Positions 31,754-41,297 of a stretch of DNA of 64,000 bases are shown in pieces (the stretch's first letter is position 1; each line of letters starts with the position of its first letter). The notes beneath the pieces are model-generated. The model was not told where the DNA came from, did not search any database, and was given only the letters and a program-made list of their open reading frames with translations. The DNA comes from an uncultured Gemmatimonadales bacterium (GTDB taxonomy: Bacteria; Gemmatimonadota; Gemmatimonadetes; Longimicrobiales; RSA9): assembly GCA_963798085.1 (NCBI GenBank), contig CAWCRS010000007.1:352001-416000 (forward strand). Reading direction: 5' to 3'. The position numbers and the translations under genes are program-made.

Positions 31754-32050
31754 ATGACGACGCGGAGTGAGGACAGCGTTCAACTGGCGATTCGCCGGCT
31801 GAATGCCCGGGCCTGGGGCATGTCGCTCGGGCTGGTGCTGGGACTGGGGCTGCTGGTGGCCACCAATTTCCTGGTACTCAAGGGTGGTGAGAATGTCGGC
31901 GCGCATCTGCGTCTGCTCTCCAATTACTTCCCCGGCTATCGCGTCACCTTCCTCGGCAGTCTGGTCGGATTCGTGTACGCGTTCGTGCTCGGCTATGGCC
32001 TGGGCATCGTCATCGCGGGTGTCTATGACAAGCTGGTGGCCCGGATGTAG
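31754..32050 (+). CDS. Small membrane protein of unknown function (paralogue B)
   Basis: LLSNYFPGYRVTFLGSLVG; GGAGA RBS. Confidence 0.72.
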   Translation: MTTRSEDSVQLAIRRLNARAWGMSLGLVLGLGLLVATNFLVLKGGENVGAHLRLLSNYFPGYRVTFLGSLVGFVYAFVLGYGLGIVIAGVYDKLVARM

Positions 32051-32209
32051 GGCATGCGGCCGGTTGATGCGGAGGCGCAACAAGGCCCTGCAGGCGCATG
32101 GGGCGCCCCTGCGAGGCGGTCCGTGGCCGGGCCGGGTGCGAGTTTCATAACCATATTTCTGGCATGTATTTAGAGAAGTGATACTAGCGTGGCCCGAGGC
32201 CCGGCCGGG

Positions 32210-32225
32210 CGGTATCAGCTTTGCG
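32210..32225 (+). promoter_or_regulatory. Candidate sigma-54 promoter downstream of an AT-rich patch
   Basis: CGGTATCAGCTTTGCG (GG-N10-GC); AT-rich segment at 32143-32187. Confidence 0.45.
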
Positions 32226-32313
32226 CTTGGAGTCGCCTGGGAGCGGGCCAGGGCATGCTCGAGCCTGTGCGAGGGTGAGGCAGCAACGCGGGAAACGGCT
32301 TGCGGGGGAAGCA

Positions 32314-33087
32314 GTGGCCGATCTGTCGCTGGTAATGCCGTGCTATAACGAAGAGGAATCGATTCCAGTCACGATTCCGCGGTTGATTGCTGCCTTCGAT
32401 GCGGCCGGCTTCCAGCTCGAGCTGGTAGCGGTGGACAACGGCTCGAAGGATGGCACAGCGCGCGTGTTGGGCAAGCTGGCGGAACGGCACGCGCAGGTGA
32501 AGATCGTGAGCATCGAAGTGAATCAGGGTTACGGCAACGGGCTGCTGGCCGGGATACCCGCGTGCAGTTCGCCGTGGATCGGCTTCATACCGGCGGATGG
32601 TCAGGTGGATGCCGCCGACGTAGTGCACCTGTACGAATCGGCGGCGGCGTCGCATGGCAATGTAGTGGCCAAGGCGAGGCGACGTTTCCGCATGGACGGA
32701 ATGCGGCGCAAGCTGGTCTCGGTTTCGTACAACCTGATGGTGCGTGTGCTGTGGCCCACGATGGACACGCTGGACGTGAACGGTACGCCGAAGATTCTGC
32801 CGCGCGCCGCACTCCACGCGATGGCGCTGGAGTCGCGCGGCTGGTTTCTGGATCCGGAGATCATGATCAAGGCGCACTACATGGGACTGCGCGTGCTGGA
32901 GTTCAATGTGTTCGCGCGCATGCGCGGGAGCGGCACTTCGCACGTGCGGGCGACGACGTGTGTCGAGTTCCTGCGCAATCTGCTGGTGTACCGTTTCACG
33001 TCGAAGCTGCGGAACTGGCGGCGAGGTGTGGGAGACTGGCGGACGCGCGAGCCGCAGGCGGCCGCGGTCGCGGAAGCGGGGCGCTGA
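32314..33087 (+). CDS. GT2, polyprenyl-phosphate sugar synthase-like (DPM1-like)
   Basis: LSLVMPCYNEE, VDNGSKD.T, NQGYG, ADGQ and WF.D.E motifs. Confidence 0.88.
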   Translation: MADLSLVMPCYNEEESIPVTIPRLIAAFDAAGFQLELVAVDNGSKDGTARVLGKLAERHAQVKIVSIEVNQGYGNGLLAGIPACSSPWIGFIPADGQVDAADVVHLYESAAASHGNVVAKARRRFRMDGMRRKLVSVSYNLMVRVLWPTMDTLDVNGTPKILPRAALHAMALESRGWFLDPEIMIKAHYMGLRVLEFNVFARMRGSGTSHVRATTCVEFLRNLLVYRFTSKLRNWRRGVGDWRTREPQAAAVAEAGR

Positions 33088-33091
33088 GCTC

Positions 33092-34444
33092 ATGACACCC
33101 GACAGCGTGAAGGCGCGCCCGGCGATGGCCGGCGCGGCGGGCTCACCCGCGCGAGCGGACGGACACGCGGTGCCCGGAGGTGCAACGGTGGAGGCGGGGC
33201 GGCGGGCGGTGTACACGCGGCGCACCACGTGTCGGGCCTGTGGCGGCACGCGGGTACGTCGTTTCCTCGAGCTGGGCCCGCAGCCGCTGGCCAACGCGTT
33301 CCTGCGCGATGCCATGGAGTTCGCGAATGAGCCGCGCTTCCCGCTCGACGTCTTCTTCTGCGAGTCCTGCTCGCTGGTGCAGGTGCTCGATGTCATCGAC
33401 CCGGAGGTGCTGTTCCGCGACTACGTATACGTGACGGGCGTGTCGCAGACGATCGCGGAGCACAACAAGCGTTATGCCCGGGCGGTGGTCGAGCTGGTGC
33501 CGGTGCGGCCGCACGACCTGGTGGTGGAGGTGGCGAGCAACGACGGCAGTCTGCTGCGCTGCTTCCAGCCGTACGGTGCGCGCACGCTGGGCGTGGAGCC
33601 GGCCTCGAACATCGCGGCGCTGGCGCGGGCCGCGGGCGTGGAGACGATCGACGAGTTCTTCGACCTCGATGTGGCGAGGCGCCTGCGCGCGCGGCGGGGC
33701 GCCGCGCGTGCGGTCATCGCTAACAACGTGCTTGCGCACGTGGACGATACACGCGGTTTTCTGGCTGCGTTTCACGAGTTGCTGGCGGACAACGGGATGG
33801 CGGTGGTGGAAGTGCCGTACCTGGGCGAGCTGGTGGACCGGCTCGAGTACGACACCGTCTACCACGAGCACCTGTGCTATTTCTCGGTGACCACGATCCT
33901 GCGGCTGTGCGACGCGGTGGGCCTGTCGGTGCGGCGCATCGATCACGTGCCGGTGCACGGCGGGTCCCTGCGTGTTTATGCGGGGCGGGCGCAGACGTTC
34001 GGCGGCCATGCGCCCGCCGTGCTGGCGGACGCAGAAGCCGAGCACGGCCGCGGCCTGACGGATTTCGCGACCTACGAAAAACTGGCGGCGGCGGTGGTGC
34101 AGAACCGGGACGCAGTACGGACGCTGCTTCGTCGCCTGAAAGAGGAAGGCAGGAGCGTGGCCGGCTATGGTGCGCCGGCCAAGGGTAACACGCTGTTGAA
34201 CTACTGCGGCATCACCACGGACGAGCTGCCCTTCACGGTGGATCGGAATCCACTCAAGGTGGGTCGCTTCACGCCGGGCGCGCACATTCCGGTTCTGCCG
34301 GTGGAAACGCTGCTCGAGCGGCAGCCGGACTACGTGCTGATCCTGGCGTGGAATTTCGCCGAAGAGATCATGGCGCAGCTGGCGGACTACAGGACGCGCG
34401 GCGGCCGCTTCATCGTACCGGTTCCCGAGCCGGCGATTCTGTGA
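33092..34444 (+). CDS. NDP-hexose C-methyltransferase (zinc-finger N-terminus, class I SAM)
   Basis: CRACG...C.SC.LVQ, ASNDG, NVLAH, YHEHL.YFS, HGGSLR and YGAPAKG.TLLN motifs. Confidence 0.9.
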   Translation: MTPDSVKARPAMAGAAGSPARADGHAVPGGATVEAGRRAVYTRRTTCRACGGTRVRRFLELGPQPLANAFLRDAMEFANEPRFPLDVFFCESCSLVQVLDVIDPEVLFRDYVYVTGVSQTIAEHNKRYARAVVELVPVRPHDLVVEVASNDGSLLRCFQPYGARTLGVEPASNIAALARAAGVETIDEFFDLDVARRLRARRGAARAVIANNVLAHVDDTRGFLAAFHELLADNGMAVVEVPYLGELVDRLEYDTVYHEHLCYFSVTTILRLCDAVGLSVRRIDHVPVHGGSLRVYAGRAQTFGGHAPAVLADAEAEHGRGLTDFATYEKLAAAVVQNRDAVRTLLRRLKEEGRSVAGYGAPAKGNTLLNYCGITTDELPFTVDRNPLKVGRFTPGAHIPVLPVETLLERQPDYVLILAWNFAEEIMAQLADYRTRGGRFIVPVPEPAIL

Positions 34445-34446
34445 CC

Positions 34447-35277
34447 ATGAAGGTCGTGATTCTGGCCGGCGGCAAAGGCACGCGCATCCAGGAGGAGCAG
34501 CGTCCCAAGCCCATGGTGGAGATCGGCGGCAAGCCGATCCTGTGGCACATCATGAGCATTTACGCCGCGTACGGCTACAAGGAATTCCTGGTGGCGTGTG
34601 GCTACAAGGGCGAAGTCATCAAGGAATACTTCCACAATTTCTTCATTCACAGCAACGACTACGTCATCGACCTGAAGGACGGCTCGCTCAAGGTGCTGAA
34701 CACGAGCGGCACGGACTGGAAGATCGGTGTGATCGACACGGGTCTGGAGACGCAGACGGGTGGTCGCATCCGGCGGCTGCAGTCGTGGATCGGCGATGAG
34801 CCGTTCATGGCGACGTACGGCGATGGCGTGGGTGCGATCGACGTGCGCGGGCTGCTCGAGTTCCACCGCGCGCACGGCAAGCTGGCCACGGTGACGGCGG
34901 TGCGGCCGCCGGCGCGCTTCGGCGGGCTGTCCCTGCGCGGTGATGCGGTGCGCGAGTTCTCCGAGAAACCGCAGGCGGGCGAAGGCTGGATCAACGGCGG
35001 CTACTTCGTGTTCGAGCCGGGTGTTTTCTCGTACATCGACAACGACGAGACGATCCTGGAGCGTGATCCACTGGAGCGGCTGGCGGCGGAAGGCCAGCTG
35101 ATGGCATTCAAGCACACGGGATTCTGGCAGCCGATGGATACGCTGCGAGAGAAACATCTGCTCGATCAACTCTGGGCCGGCGGCAACGCGCCATGGAAAG
35201 TTTGGGAAACAAGGGATTCTGGAACGGGCGACGAGTCTTCGTCACGGGCGCGAGCGGCCTCCTCGGCTCCGCGCTAG
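34447..35277 (+). CDS. rfbF: Glucose-1-phosphate cytidylyltransferase
   Basis: [42 protein letters not shown] and APWKVW motifs. Confidence 0.93.
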   Translation: MKVVILAGGKGTRIQEEQRPKPMVEIGGKPILWHIMSIYAAYGYKEFLVACGYKGEVIKEYFHNFFIHSNDYVIDLKDGSLKVLNTSGTDWKIGVIDTGLETQTGGRIRRLQSWIGDEPFMATYGDGVGAIDVRGLLEFHRAHGKLATVTAVRPPARFGGLSLRGDAVREFSEKPQAGEGWINGGYFVFEPGVFSYIDNDETILERDPLERLAAEGQLMAFKHTGFWQPMDTLREKHLLDQLWAGGNAPWKVWETRDSGTGDESSSRARAASSAPR

Positions 35278-36248
35278 TCGAAGAGCTGGTCAGGCGAGGC
35301 GCACAGGTCACCTGCCTGGTGCGCGACTGGGTGCCCGACAGCCGTCTGGTGGAGGCCGGGCTGCTGGAGCGCGTCAACACGGTAAGGGGCGAGCTGGAGG
35401 ACCTCACCGTGCTCCTGCGTGCGCTCAACGAGTACGAGATCGACACGGTCTTCCACCTCGGTGCGCAGACCATTGTGGGCACGGCGAGCCGCTCGCCGCT
35501 GTCCACGTTCGAAGGGAACATCCGCGGCACGTGGAATCTGCTCGAGGCCTGCCGCATCTGCCCCCGCCTGGTGCAGCGGGTGATCGTGGCATCGAGTGAC
35601 AAGGCCTACGGCGAGCACGAAACGCTGCCCTACACGGAAGACGCGCCGCTGGTGGGGCGTTTTCCGTACGATGTGTCGAAGTCCTGCGCCGACCTGATAA
35701 CGTTCTCTTATCATGCGACCTACGGTGTGCCCGCGGCGGTCACGCGCTGCGGCAACCTGTTCGGCCCGGGCGACCTCAACTTCAACCGCCTGATCCCCGG
35801 CACCATCCGCTCGGTGCTGCAGGACGAGCGACCTGTGATACGCAGCGACGGCACGTTCGTGCGCGACTACTTCTTCGTGCGCGATGCGGTGGACGCGTAC
35901 CTGGAGCTGGCGGAGCGCGTGGGAGAGGCGGAGTGCACAGGGCGGGCATTCAACTTCGGCAACGAGCGGCCGCTTTCGGTACTCGAAGTGGTGGCCATGC
36001 TGCTCGCGCTGATGGGCCGGCCCGACCTGCAGCCCGAAGTGCGCAACGAGGCCACGCACGAGATCCAGCGGCAGTACCTGGACTGCGCGCGTGCGCGCAC
36101 CGTGCTGGGCTGGCGGCCGCAGCGCACGCTGGAAGAGGGTCTGCGGTCGACCATCGCGTGGTACGAACAGTTTCTGCGCGGCGATCGACGGGTTGCGGGT
36201 GTACGGGCCGCGGCGGGCGACGCGCCGGAGATCGCACGGCGAGCATGA
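35193..36248 (+). CDS. CDP-glucose 4,6-dehydratase-like SDR
   Basis: [19 protein letters not shown] and YDVSK motifs; directly follows rfbF. Confidence 0.85.
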   Translation: MESLGNKGFWNGRRVFVTGASGLLGSALVEELVRRGAQVTCLVRDWVPDSRLVEAGLLERVNTVRGELEDLTVLLRALNEYEIDTVFHLGAQTIVGTASRSPLSTFEGNIRGTWNLLEACRICPRLVQRVIVASSDKAYGEHETLPYTEDAPLVGRFPYDVSKSCADLITFSYHATYGVPAAVTRCGNLFGPGDLNFNRLIPGTIRSVLQDERPVIRSDGTFVRDYFFVRDAVDAYLELAERVGEAECTGRAFNFGNERPLSVLEVVAMLLALMGRPDLQPEVRNEATHEIQRQYLDCARARTVLGWRPQRTLEEGLRSTIAWYEQFLRGDRRVAGVRAAAGDAPEIARRA

Positions 36249-37993
36249 GTGCACTGGCCGGCGTGGGTGCACGCGAAGGAGCCGGAGCCGGCGCCGGCGC
36301 GCAGCGGCGAAGCAGGAGACAGCGTTCATCCTGGCTGAGCGCGGGGCCGATCGCTGGAGCCGCCGTCGCGCTGCTGGCCGTGCTGCTGCCGCCGGCCGCC
36401 ACAGCGGCCGCACTGACTGGTGCGGAGTCGACCCTGCTGCCACAGGTAACAAAAGGTGTCTGGATCCTCAAGGGCGTGCTGCTGGCGCACGCGCTGGCAT
36501 TGCCGCTGCTCGCACGTGCCCTGCGCACAGTCCGCATGAATCCGCCGCTGCTGGTGCGCACGGCGCCGGCGGAAGCCATGACGCGCGCGCACCGGTGGCT
36601 GCTGCTGGCGCTGCTCGGGCTGGGGCTGACGCTGCGACTGGTCGACCTGGGCGCAGGGCTCTGGCACGATGAGATCGCGACGCTGGTCGAATTCGGGCGT
36701 CTGCCGCTGGGCCAGATCGTCACCACCTACACGCAGCAGAATCAGCACGTGCTCTATTCCGTGCTCGCGCGGCTGGGGTTCATGCTGTTCGGTGAAAGCG
36801 ACGCACTGCTGCGCCTGCCGGCCGCGCTGCTGGGCGTGGCGAGCCTGGGCGCCGCGTACTGGTTCGCGTCGCTGGTGACCTCCCGTCGTGAAGCACTGCT
36901 GGTGACAGCGCTGCTCACGGTGTCCTACCACCACGTCTGGTTCTCGCAGAACGGCCGTGGCTACACGGGCATGCTGCTGTTCGCGCTGATCGCGAGCGGC
37001 CTGTTCCTGCGGTTGCTCACGGGTGAGACAGCCAATGCGTGGCGCACGGCGCTCGGGTACGCGGTGAGCATGGCGCTGGCCATCTACATCCACATGACCG
37101 CCGGCTTCATCGCGGCGGCACATCTGCTGATCTGGGCGACACTGGCCTGGCGCGGGCGGACGAAGGTGGGGCGGGCTCCGCTGCTGGTTCCGGTCGCGGC
37201 GCTGCTGCTCGCGGGCAGCTTCACGATCCTGCTGTACGCACTGGTGCTGCCGCAGCTGGGTAACACGGTATTGGCGCCGAAGACGACGTTCGCGGCGACG
37301 CCGTGGCGCAATCCGCTCTGGCTGGTGGCAGAGACGCTGCGCGGCGCGAGCCGCGGCCTGCCGGGTGGCTGGTTCGGGCTGGCCGGCGGCGTGATGGTCG
37401 GCGCGGCCGGTGTCTGGAGCTGGGCACGGCGCTCGCTGACGGTGACTGCGCTCATGCTCCTGCCGATACTGCTGACGGCGGGCTCGCTGGTGGCGCTGCA
37501 CCACAATCTGTGGCCGCGCTTCTTCTTCTTCGCGGCTGGTTTTCTCGTGCTGATCGCGGTCCGTGGCGTGTTCTTGCTGGCCAGCCTGACGGGCGCGCGA
37601 TCGCAGATGCTGGCGACTGCGGCGCTGGCGCTGGTGTGCGTGGCGAGCGAGCTGACGGTGCCGCGCGCCTGGGCGCCGAAGCAGGACTACCGCGCGGCGC
37701 TGGCGCTCGTGAATGCGCAACGCGCCGCGGGTGATGCGGTAGTGGCGAGCGGACTCGCCGCGTTTGCATACGACAGCTGGCTGCACGCGGGTGTGGCCGA
37801 TGTCGAGAATGCGACGCAGCTGGAGAGCATTGAGGCCGGGCACAGCCGGACCTGGCTGCTGTATTCGTTTCCGACGCACCTGGAAGCGGTGTCGCCGGAT
37901 ATCTGGGCCCGCCTGCAGCGGGAGTACCGCAAGATCGCGGAATTCCCGGGCACGGTCGCGGGTGGCACTGTCTACGTGATGAGCAGGCCATGA
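36245..37993 (+). CDS. GT-C (GT39/PMT-like) membrane glycosyltransferase
   Basis: LR..DLG..LWHDE, QH.LYS, LRLPA and SQN.RGY motifs; many TM helices. Confidence 0.82.
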   Translation: MSALAGVGAREGAGAGAGAQRRSRRQRSSWLSAGPIAGAAVALLAVLLPPAATAAALTGAESTLLPQVTKGVWILKGVLLAHALALPLLARALRTVRMNPPLLVRTAPAEAMTRAHRWLLLALLGLGLTLRLVDLGAGLWHDEIATLVEFGRLPLGQIVTTYTQQNQHVLYSVLARLGFMLFGESDALLRLPAALLGVASLGAAYWFASLVTSRREALLVTALLTVSYHHVWFSQNGRGYTGMLLFALIASGLFLRLLTGETANAWRTALGYAVSMALAIYIHMTAGFIAAAHLLIWATLAWRGRTKVGRAPLLVPVAALLLAGSFTILLYALVLPQLGNTVLAPKTTFAATPWRNPLWLVAETLRGASRGLPGGWFGLAGGVMVGAAGVWSWARRSLTVTALMLLPILLTAGSLVALHHNLWPRFFFFAAGFLVLIAVRGVFLLASLTGARSQMLATAALALVCVASELTVPRAWAPKQDYRAALALVNAQRAAGDAVVASGLAAFAYDSWLHAGVADVENATQLESIEAGHSRTWLLYSFPTHLEAVSPDIWARLQREYRKIAEFPGTVAGGTVYVMSRP

Positions 37994-38922
37994 CGACGCA
38001 CACGGAACTGGAAAGCGCAGCGCCGGGCGCCATCGAACAGGTGGCGTCCACACTGGGCCGGCGGCTGGAAACGGCGGTCTCGATTGTCATCCCTGCGTTC
38101 AACGAAGGCGCGCACGTGGCGGAACAGGTGCGCGATGTGCGCCGGGTGATGGAGAGCACCGGCTGGGACTTCGAGATCATCGTGGTGGATGATGGCTCGG
38201 AAGATGACACGGCGCAGGCGGCGGCGGCCACTGGTGTGCGCGTACTGCGCCATCCGCGAAATCGCGGTTACGGTGCATCGCTCAAACGCGGCATTGCGGC
38301 GTCGCGTTTCGACTGGATCCTGATTACCGACGCCGACGGGACATACCCGGCCAATGCGATTCCGGGACTGCTGGCGCGCGCCGAGGACAACGACATGGTG
38401 GTGGGCGCGCGCACGGGTGAGCGGGTGGCGATCCCGCTGGAGCGCAGGCCCGCGAAGTGGTTTCTGCGCAAGCTGGCGAGCTACCTGGCGGGCATGGAGC
38501 TGCCCGACCTCAATTCCGGGTTGCGCCTGATGCGGCGGGAGCTGGTGGAGCGGTACCTGTACCTGCTGCCCTCCGGTTTCTCGTTCACCACCACCATCAC
38601 GCTGGCGTCGGCCTGCAACGAGCATTCGGTCGAGTACGTGCCGATCAACTACCTGCAGCGACTGGGCCGCTCCAAGATCCGGCCCCGTCACGCATACGAT
38701 TTCATGATGCTGATTCTGCGCACCATCGTCTTCTTCAATCCGCTGAAGGTGTTCATTCCGCTGGGTGCGTTCTGCTTCGTGCTCGGAATCGGCAAGTTCA
38801 TGTACGACGTGGTGCTGGATAACATCTCGGAGAGTGCCATCTTCTTCCTGCTGTCCGCGTTGATCATCTGGTGCGTGGGCATGCTGGCGGACCAGAACGC
38901 CAAGGTGGCGGCGCGCCGCTGA
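37990..38922 (+). CDS. GT2 polyprenyl-phosphate glycosyltransferase with two C-terminal TM helices
   Basis: IPAFNE, VDDGSED.T, DADGTY, DLNSG.R and GFSFTTT motifs. Confidence 0.88.
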   Translation: MTTHTELESAAPGAIEQVASTLGRRLETAVSIVIPAFNEGAHVAEQVRDVRRVMESTGWDFEIIVVDDGSEDDTAQAAAATGVRVLRHPRNRGYGASLKRGIAASRFDWILITDADGTYPANAIPGLLARAEDNDMVVGARTGERVAIPLERRPAKWFLRKLASYLAGMELPDLNSGLRLMRRELVERYLYLLPSGFSFTTTITLASACNEHSVEYVPINYLQRLGRSKIRPRHAYDFMMLILRTIVFFNPLKVFIPLGAFCFVLGIGKFMYDVVLDNISESAIFFLLSALIIWCVGMLADQNAKVAARR

Positions 38923-38937
38923 GGCGGAGGCAACAGC

Positions 38938-40158
38938 ATGAAAAGGAAATGGCTGCCGGGCGTGCTGCTGGCGCTGGCCAGCACGCTCTTCACGCTGCTG
39001 CTGCTCGAAGTTGTGCTGCACATCGTGGATTTTCCCCGCAAGCAGATCAGCCACCAGAAGATCTTCATTGAGTGGGACTCCATTCGCGGCTGGCGCAACA
39101 TTGCGAACAAGCAGGGTCGTATCGCCACGGACGAATACGTGCGCGACCTGAGCTACAATGCGCGCAGCATGCGCGGCCCGGAGCTGCCCTACGCCAAGCC
39201 CGCTGGCACGTATCGCATCCTGCTGGTGGGCGATTCTTTCGTCGACGCCTACACGGAGGAATTGAACGACCGCGTGGGCAACGTGCTGGAACGGCTGCTC
39301 GACCAGGGCTCGCCCGCGCGTCACACCGAGGTGATCTCGCTGGGCACGGGTGGCTACAGCACCGACCAGGAGCTGCTGTGGCTGGAGTCGGAGGGTCTGC
39401 GCTACCAGCCTGATCTCGTGGTCCTGCTTTTCTACTACAACGACATCTGGTACAACATCCTGGACAGCTACTGGCGGGGAGGCAAGCCACGCTTCGTCAT
39501 GGAAGGCGACAGCCTGCGTCTGACCAACGTGCCGGTGCCCCGGCCGGGTGCAGCGCCGGCGGCGCGCGGCGTGCTGGGGCGTGTCAACCAGTTCGTGCGT
39601 GACAACTCGAGGTTATACTGGGTGCTGGCGCGTGTGGTGCAGAACCAGCCGAAGCTCTTCGGGCTGGCCGTGCGTCTGGGTCTCACGGAGCCCTCGCCGG
39701 AAATGGTGTTCGACGCATCGCAGGGCGCCGTCATTGCCGGTGAGTTCAGCGTGTTCCGTACGGACCCGCCTCCCGAAGTAGCCCGGGCGTGGTCCATGAC
39801 CGACGCGCTGGTGCGCCGCATGCGCGATGACGCGCACCGCAGTGGCGCCGCTTTCACCGCCTTCCACGTACCGGTGCGCAGCCGCATCTACACGCAGAAC
39901 GAGGATGTCCGGGCGAACGCGGGCTCGAGCGGCACGGACGTGGATGCCGTAACCCGTCGCTTCCAGGCGATGTGCGCCACCGACTCGATTCCCTGCCTCG
40001 AGCCGACCAGCCTGTTCGTGGCCGCGGCCGATTCACTGCGCACGAAAGACGAACGCCTCTACTATCAATACGACTGGCACTGGAACCACAACGGCCACGC
40101 GCTGGCCGCCCGCATCCTGGCGGACAGCATCCGCTTGCACATGGGAAAGCCATGGTGA
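38938..40158 (+). CDS. Membrane-anchored SGNH/GDSL protein (AlgX/AlgJ/SxtL-like)
   Basis: N-terminal TM; GDSF, GYSTDQE, YND and DWHWN..GH motifs. Confidence 0.85.
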   Translation: MKRKWLPGVLLALASTLFTLLLLEVVLHIVDFPRKQISHQKIFIEWDSIRGWRNIANKQGRIATDEYVRDLSYNARSMRGPELPYAKPAGTYRILLVGDSFVDAYTEELNDRVGNVLERLLDQGSPARHTEVISLGTGGYSTDQELLWLESEGLRYQPDLVVLLFYYNDIWYNILDSYWRGGKPRFVMEGDSLRLTNVPVPRPGAAPAARGVLGRVNQFVRDNSRLYWVLARVVQNQPKLFGLAVRLGLTEPSPEMVFDASQGAVIAGEFSVFRTDPPPEVARAWSMTDALVRRMRDDAHRSGAAFTAFHVPVRSRIYTQNEDVRANAGSSGTDVDAVTRRFQAMCATDSIPCLEPTSLFVAAADSLRTKDERLYYQYDWHWNHNGHALAARILADSIRLHMGKPW

Positions 40159-41288
40159 AAGAGAGTGCGAAGCAGGCGGCACGCGCGCCACTGTGGCGGC
40201 GTGCCCTGCTCGGCATCGTCGTCTCCATTCTGGTCTTCGTCGGCGCGCTGGCCGTGGTGGAAGGCCTGATCAGCGTGTTCCTGGAGGGCTGGGACCTCGC
40301 GTTCAATGCGGAAGCCGATCTTCCTTCGCGCGTGCACTCGGTTCCTGACACGCTGTTGGGATGGGTGAACAAGCCGGGGTTCCGCAATGACGCGATGTAC
40401 GGCCGGGGCGGTGCGCTGGTCATCAACCAGCAGGGCCTGCGGGCCAGCGCCGCGATTTCACCCGAAGTCCCGGCCGGCCGCGTGCGCTTTCTGTGCTCAG
40501 GTGACTCCTTCACATTCGGCATCGGCGTGAGCAATGATGACACCTGGTGCGCGCGGCTGCAGTCGGCGGATCCGCATGTAGAGACCGTGAACCTGGGTCA
40601 CGCGGGCTACGGCATTGACCAGGCGTACCTGTTCTACCAGCGCGAAGGGCTGAAGCTTGCTCACGACGTGCATGTGCTGGCGTTCATACCCGACGATTTC
40701 CGCCGGCTGCGTCTGGCGCGCTTTGTCGGTTACGCCAAGCCGGAGTTCCAGCTGTCGGGTGATTCACTGCTACTCGAAAACGTGCCCGTGCCTGCACCGA
40801 GCCGGTTCGGCATGTGGTATCAGCGCCGGTCCGGACTGCTGGGCCAGCTGCGCATTGTGCAACTGGGTCAGCGCATCAATTGGCGCGTGAACGGCCGCTA
40901 TATCCCGGACCGCCTCGATGGGCGCGCCGAGGCCCGTGCAGTAGCTGTGCGACTGTTCCAGCGCCTGCAGAACGAAGCACAGCAGGCCGGCCGTATCGTG
41001 GTGTTCGTGCTGCTCGATGAGCGAGCGGCGGGCAGCGGTCCGTTCGACGCGCTGGCCTCGGCACTGAGCGCGGACGCAGCGAAGCGGGGTCTGAACTTCA
41101 TCGACCTGCGCCACGAGTTCCGGCAGATCTCCGCCGATTCACTCGAAGCGATGTTCGATGCGCGTTTCGGCGGGCACTACTCGGCGCGCGGCAACGCGCG
41201 TGTCAGCAGCCTGCTGGCGCCGCGGCTGCTGGCGCTGCCGCAGGTCGCGGCGAGGCTGAAGTCGGTGTCGGCCGGGCCCGCGCACTGA
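40152..41288 (+). CDS. Membrane-anchored SGNH/GDSL protein
   Basis: N-terminal TM; GDSFTFG, N.G..GYG.DQ and GHYS..GN motifs. Confidence 0.85.
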   Translation: MVKESAKQAARAPLWRRALLGIVVSILVFVGALAVVEGLISVFLEGWDLAFNAEADLPSRVHSVPDTLLGWVNKPGFRNDAMYGRGGALVINQQGLRASAAISPEVPAGRVRFLCSGDSFTFGIGVSNDDTWCARLQSADPHVETVNLGHAGYGIDQAYLFYQREGLKLAHDVHVLAFIPDDFRRLRLARFVGYAKPEFQLSGDSLLLENVPVPAPSRFGMWYQRRSGLLGQLRIVQLGQRINWRVNGRYIPDRLDGRAEARAVAVRLFQRLQNEAQQAGRIVVFVLLDERAAGSGPFDALASALSADAAKRGLNFIDLRHEFRQISADSLEAMFDARFGGHYSARGNARVSSLLAPRLLALPQVAARLKSVSAGPAH

Positions 41289-41297
41289 CACAACGCG

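Noticed and set aside
32208..32222. ops/JUMPstart element (GGCGGTA)
   Set aside because: It diverges from GGCGGTAG and lacks the JUMPstart context; it is better explained as a -24/-12 box.
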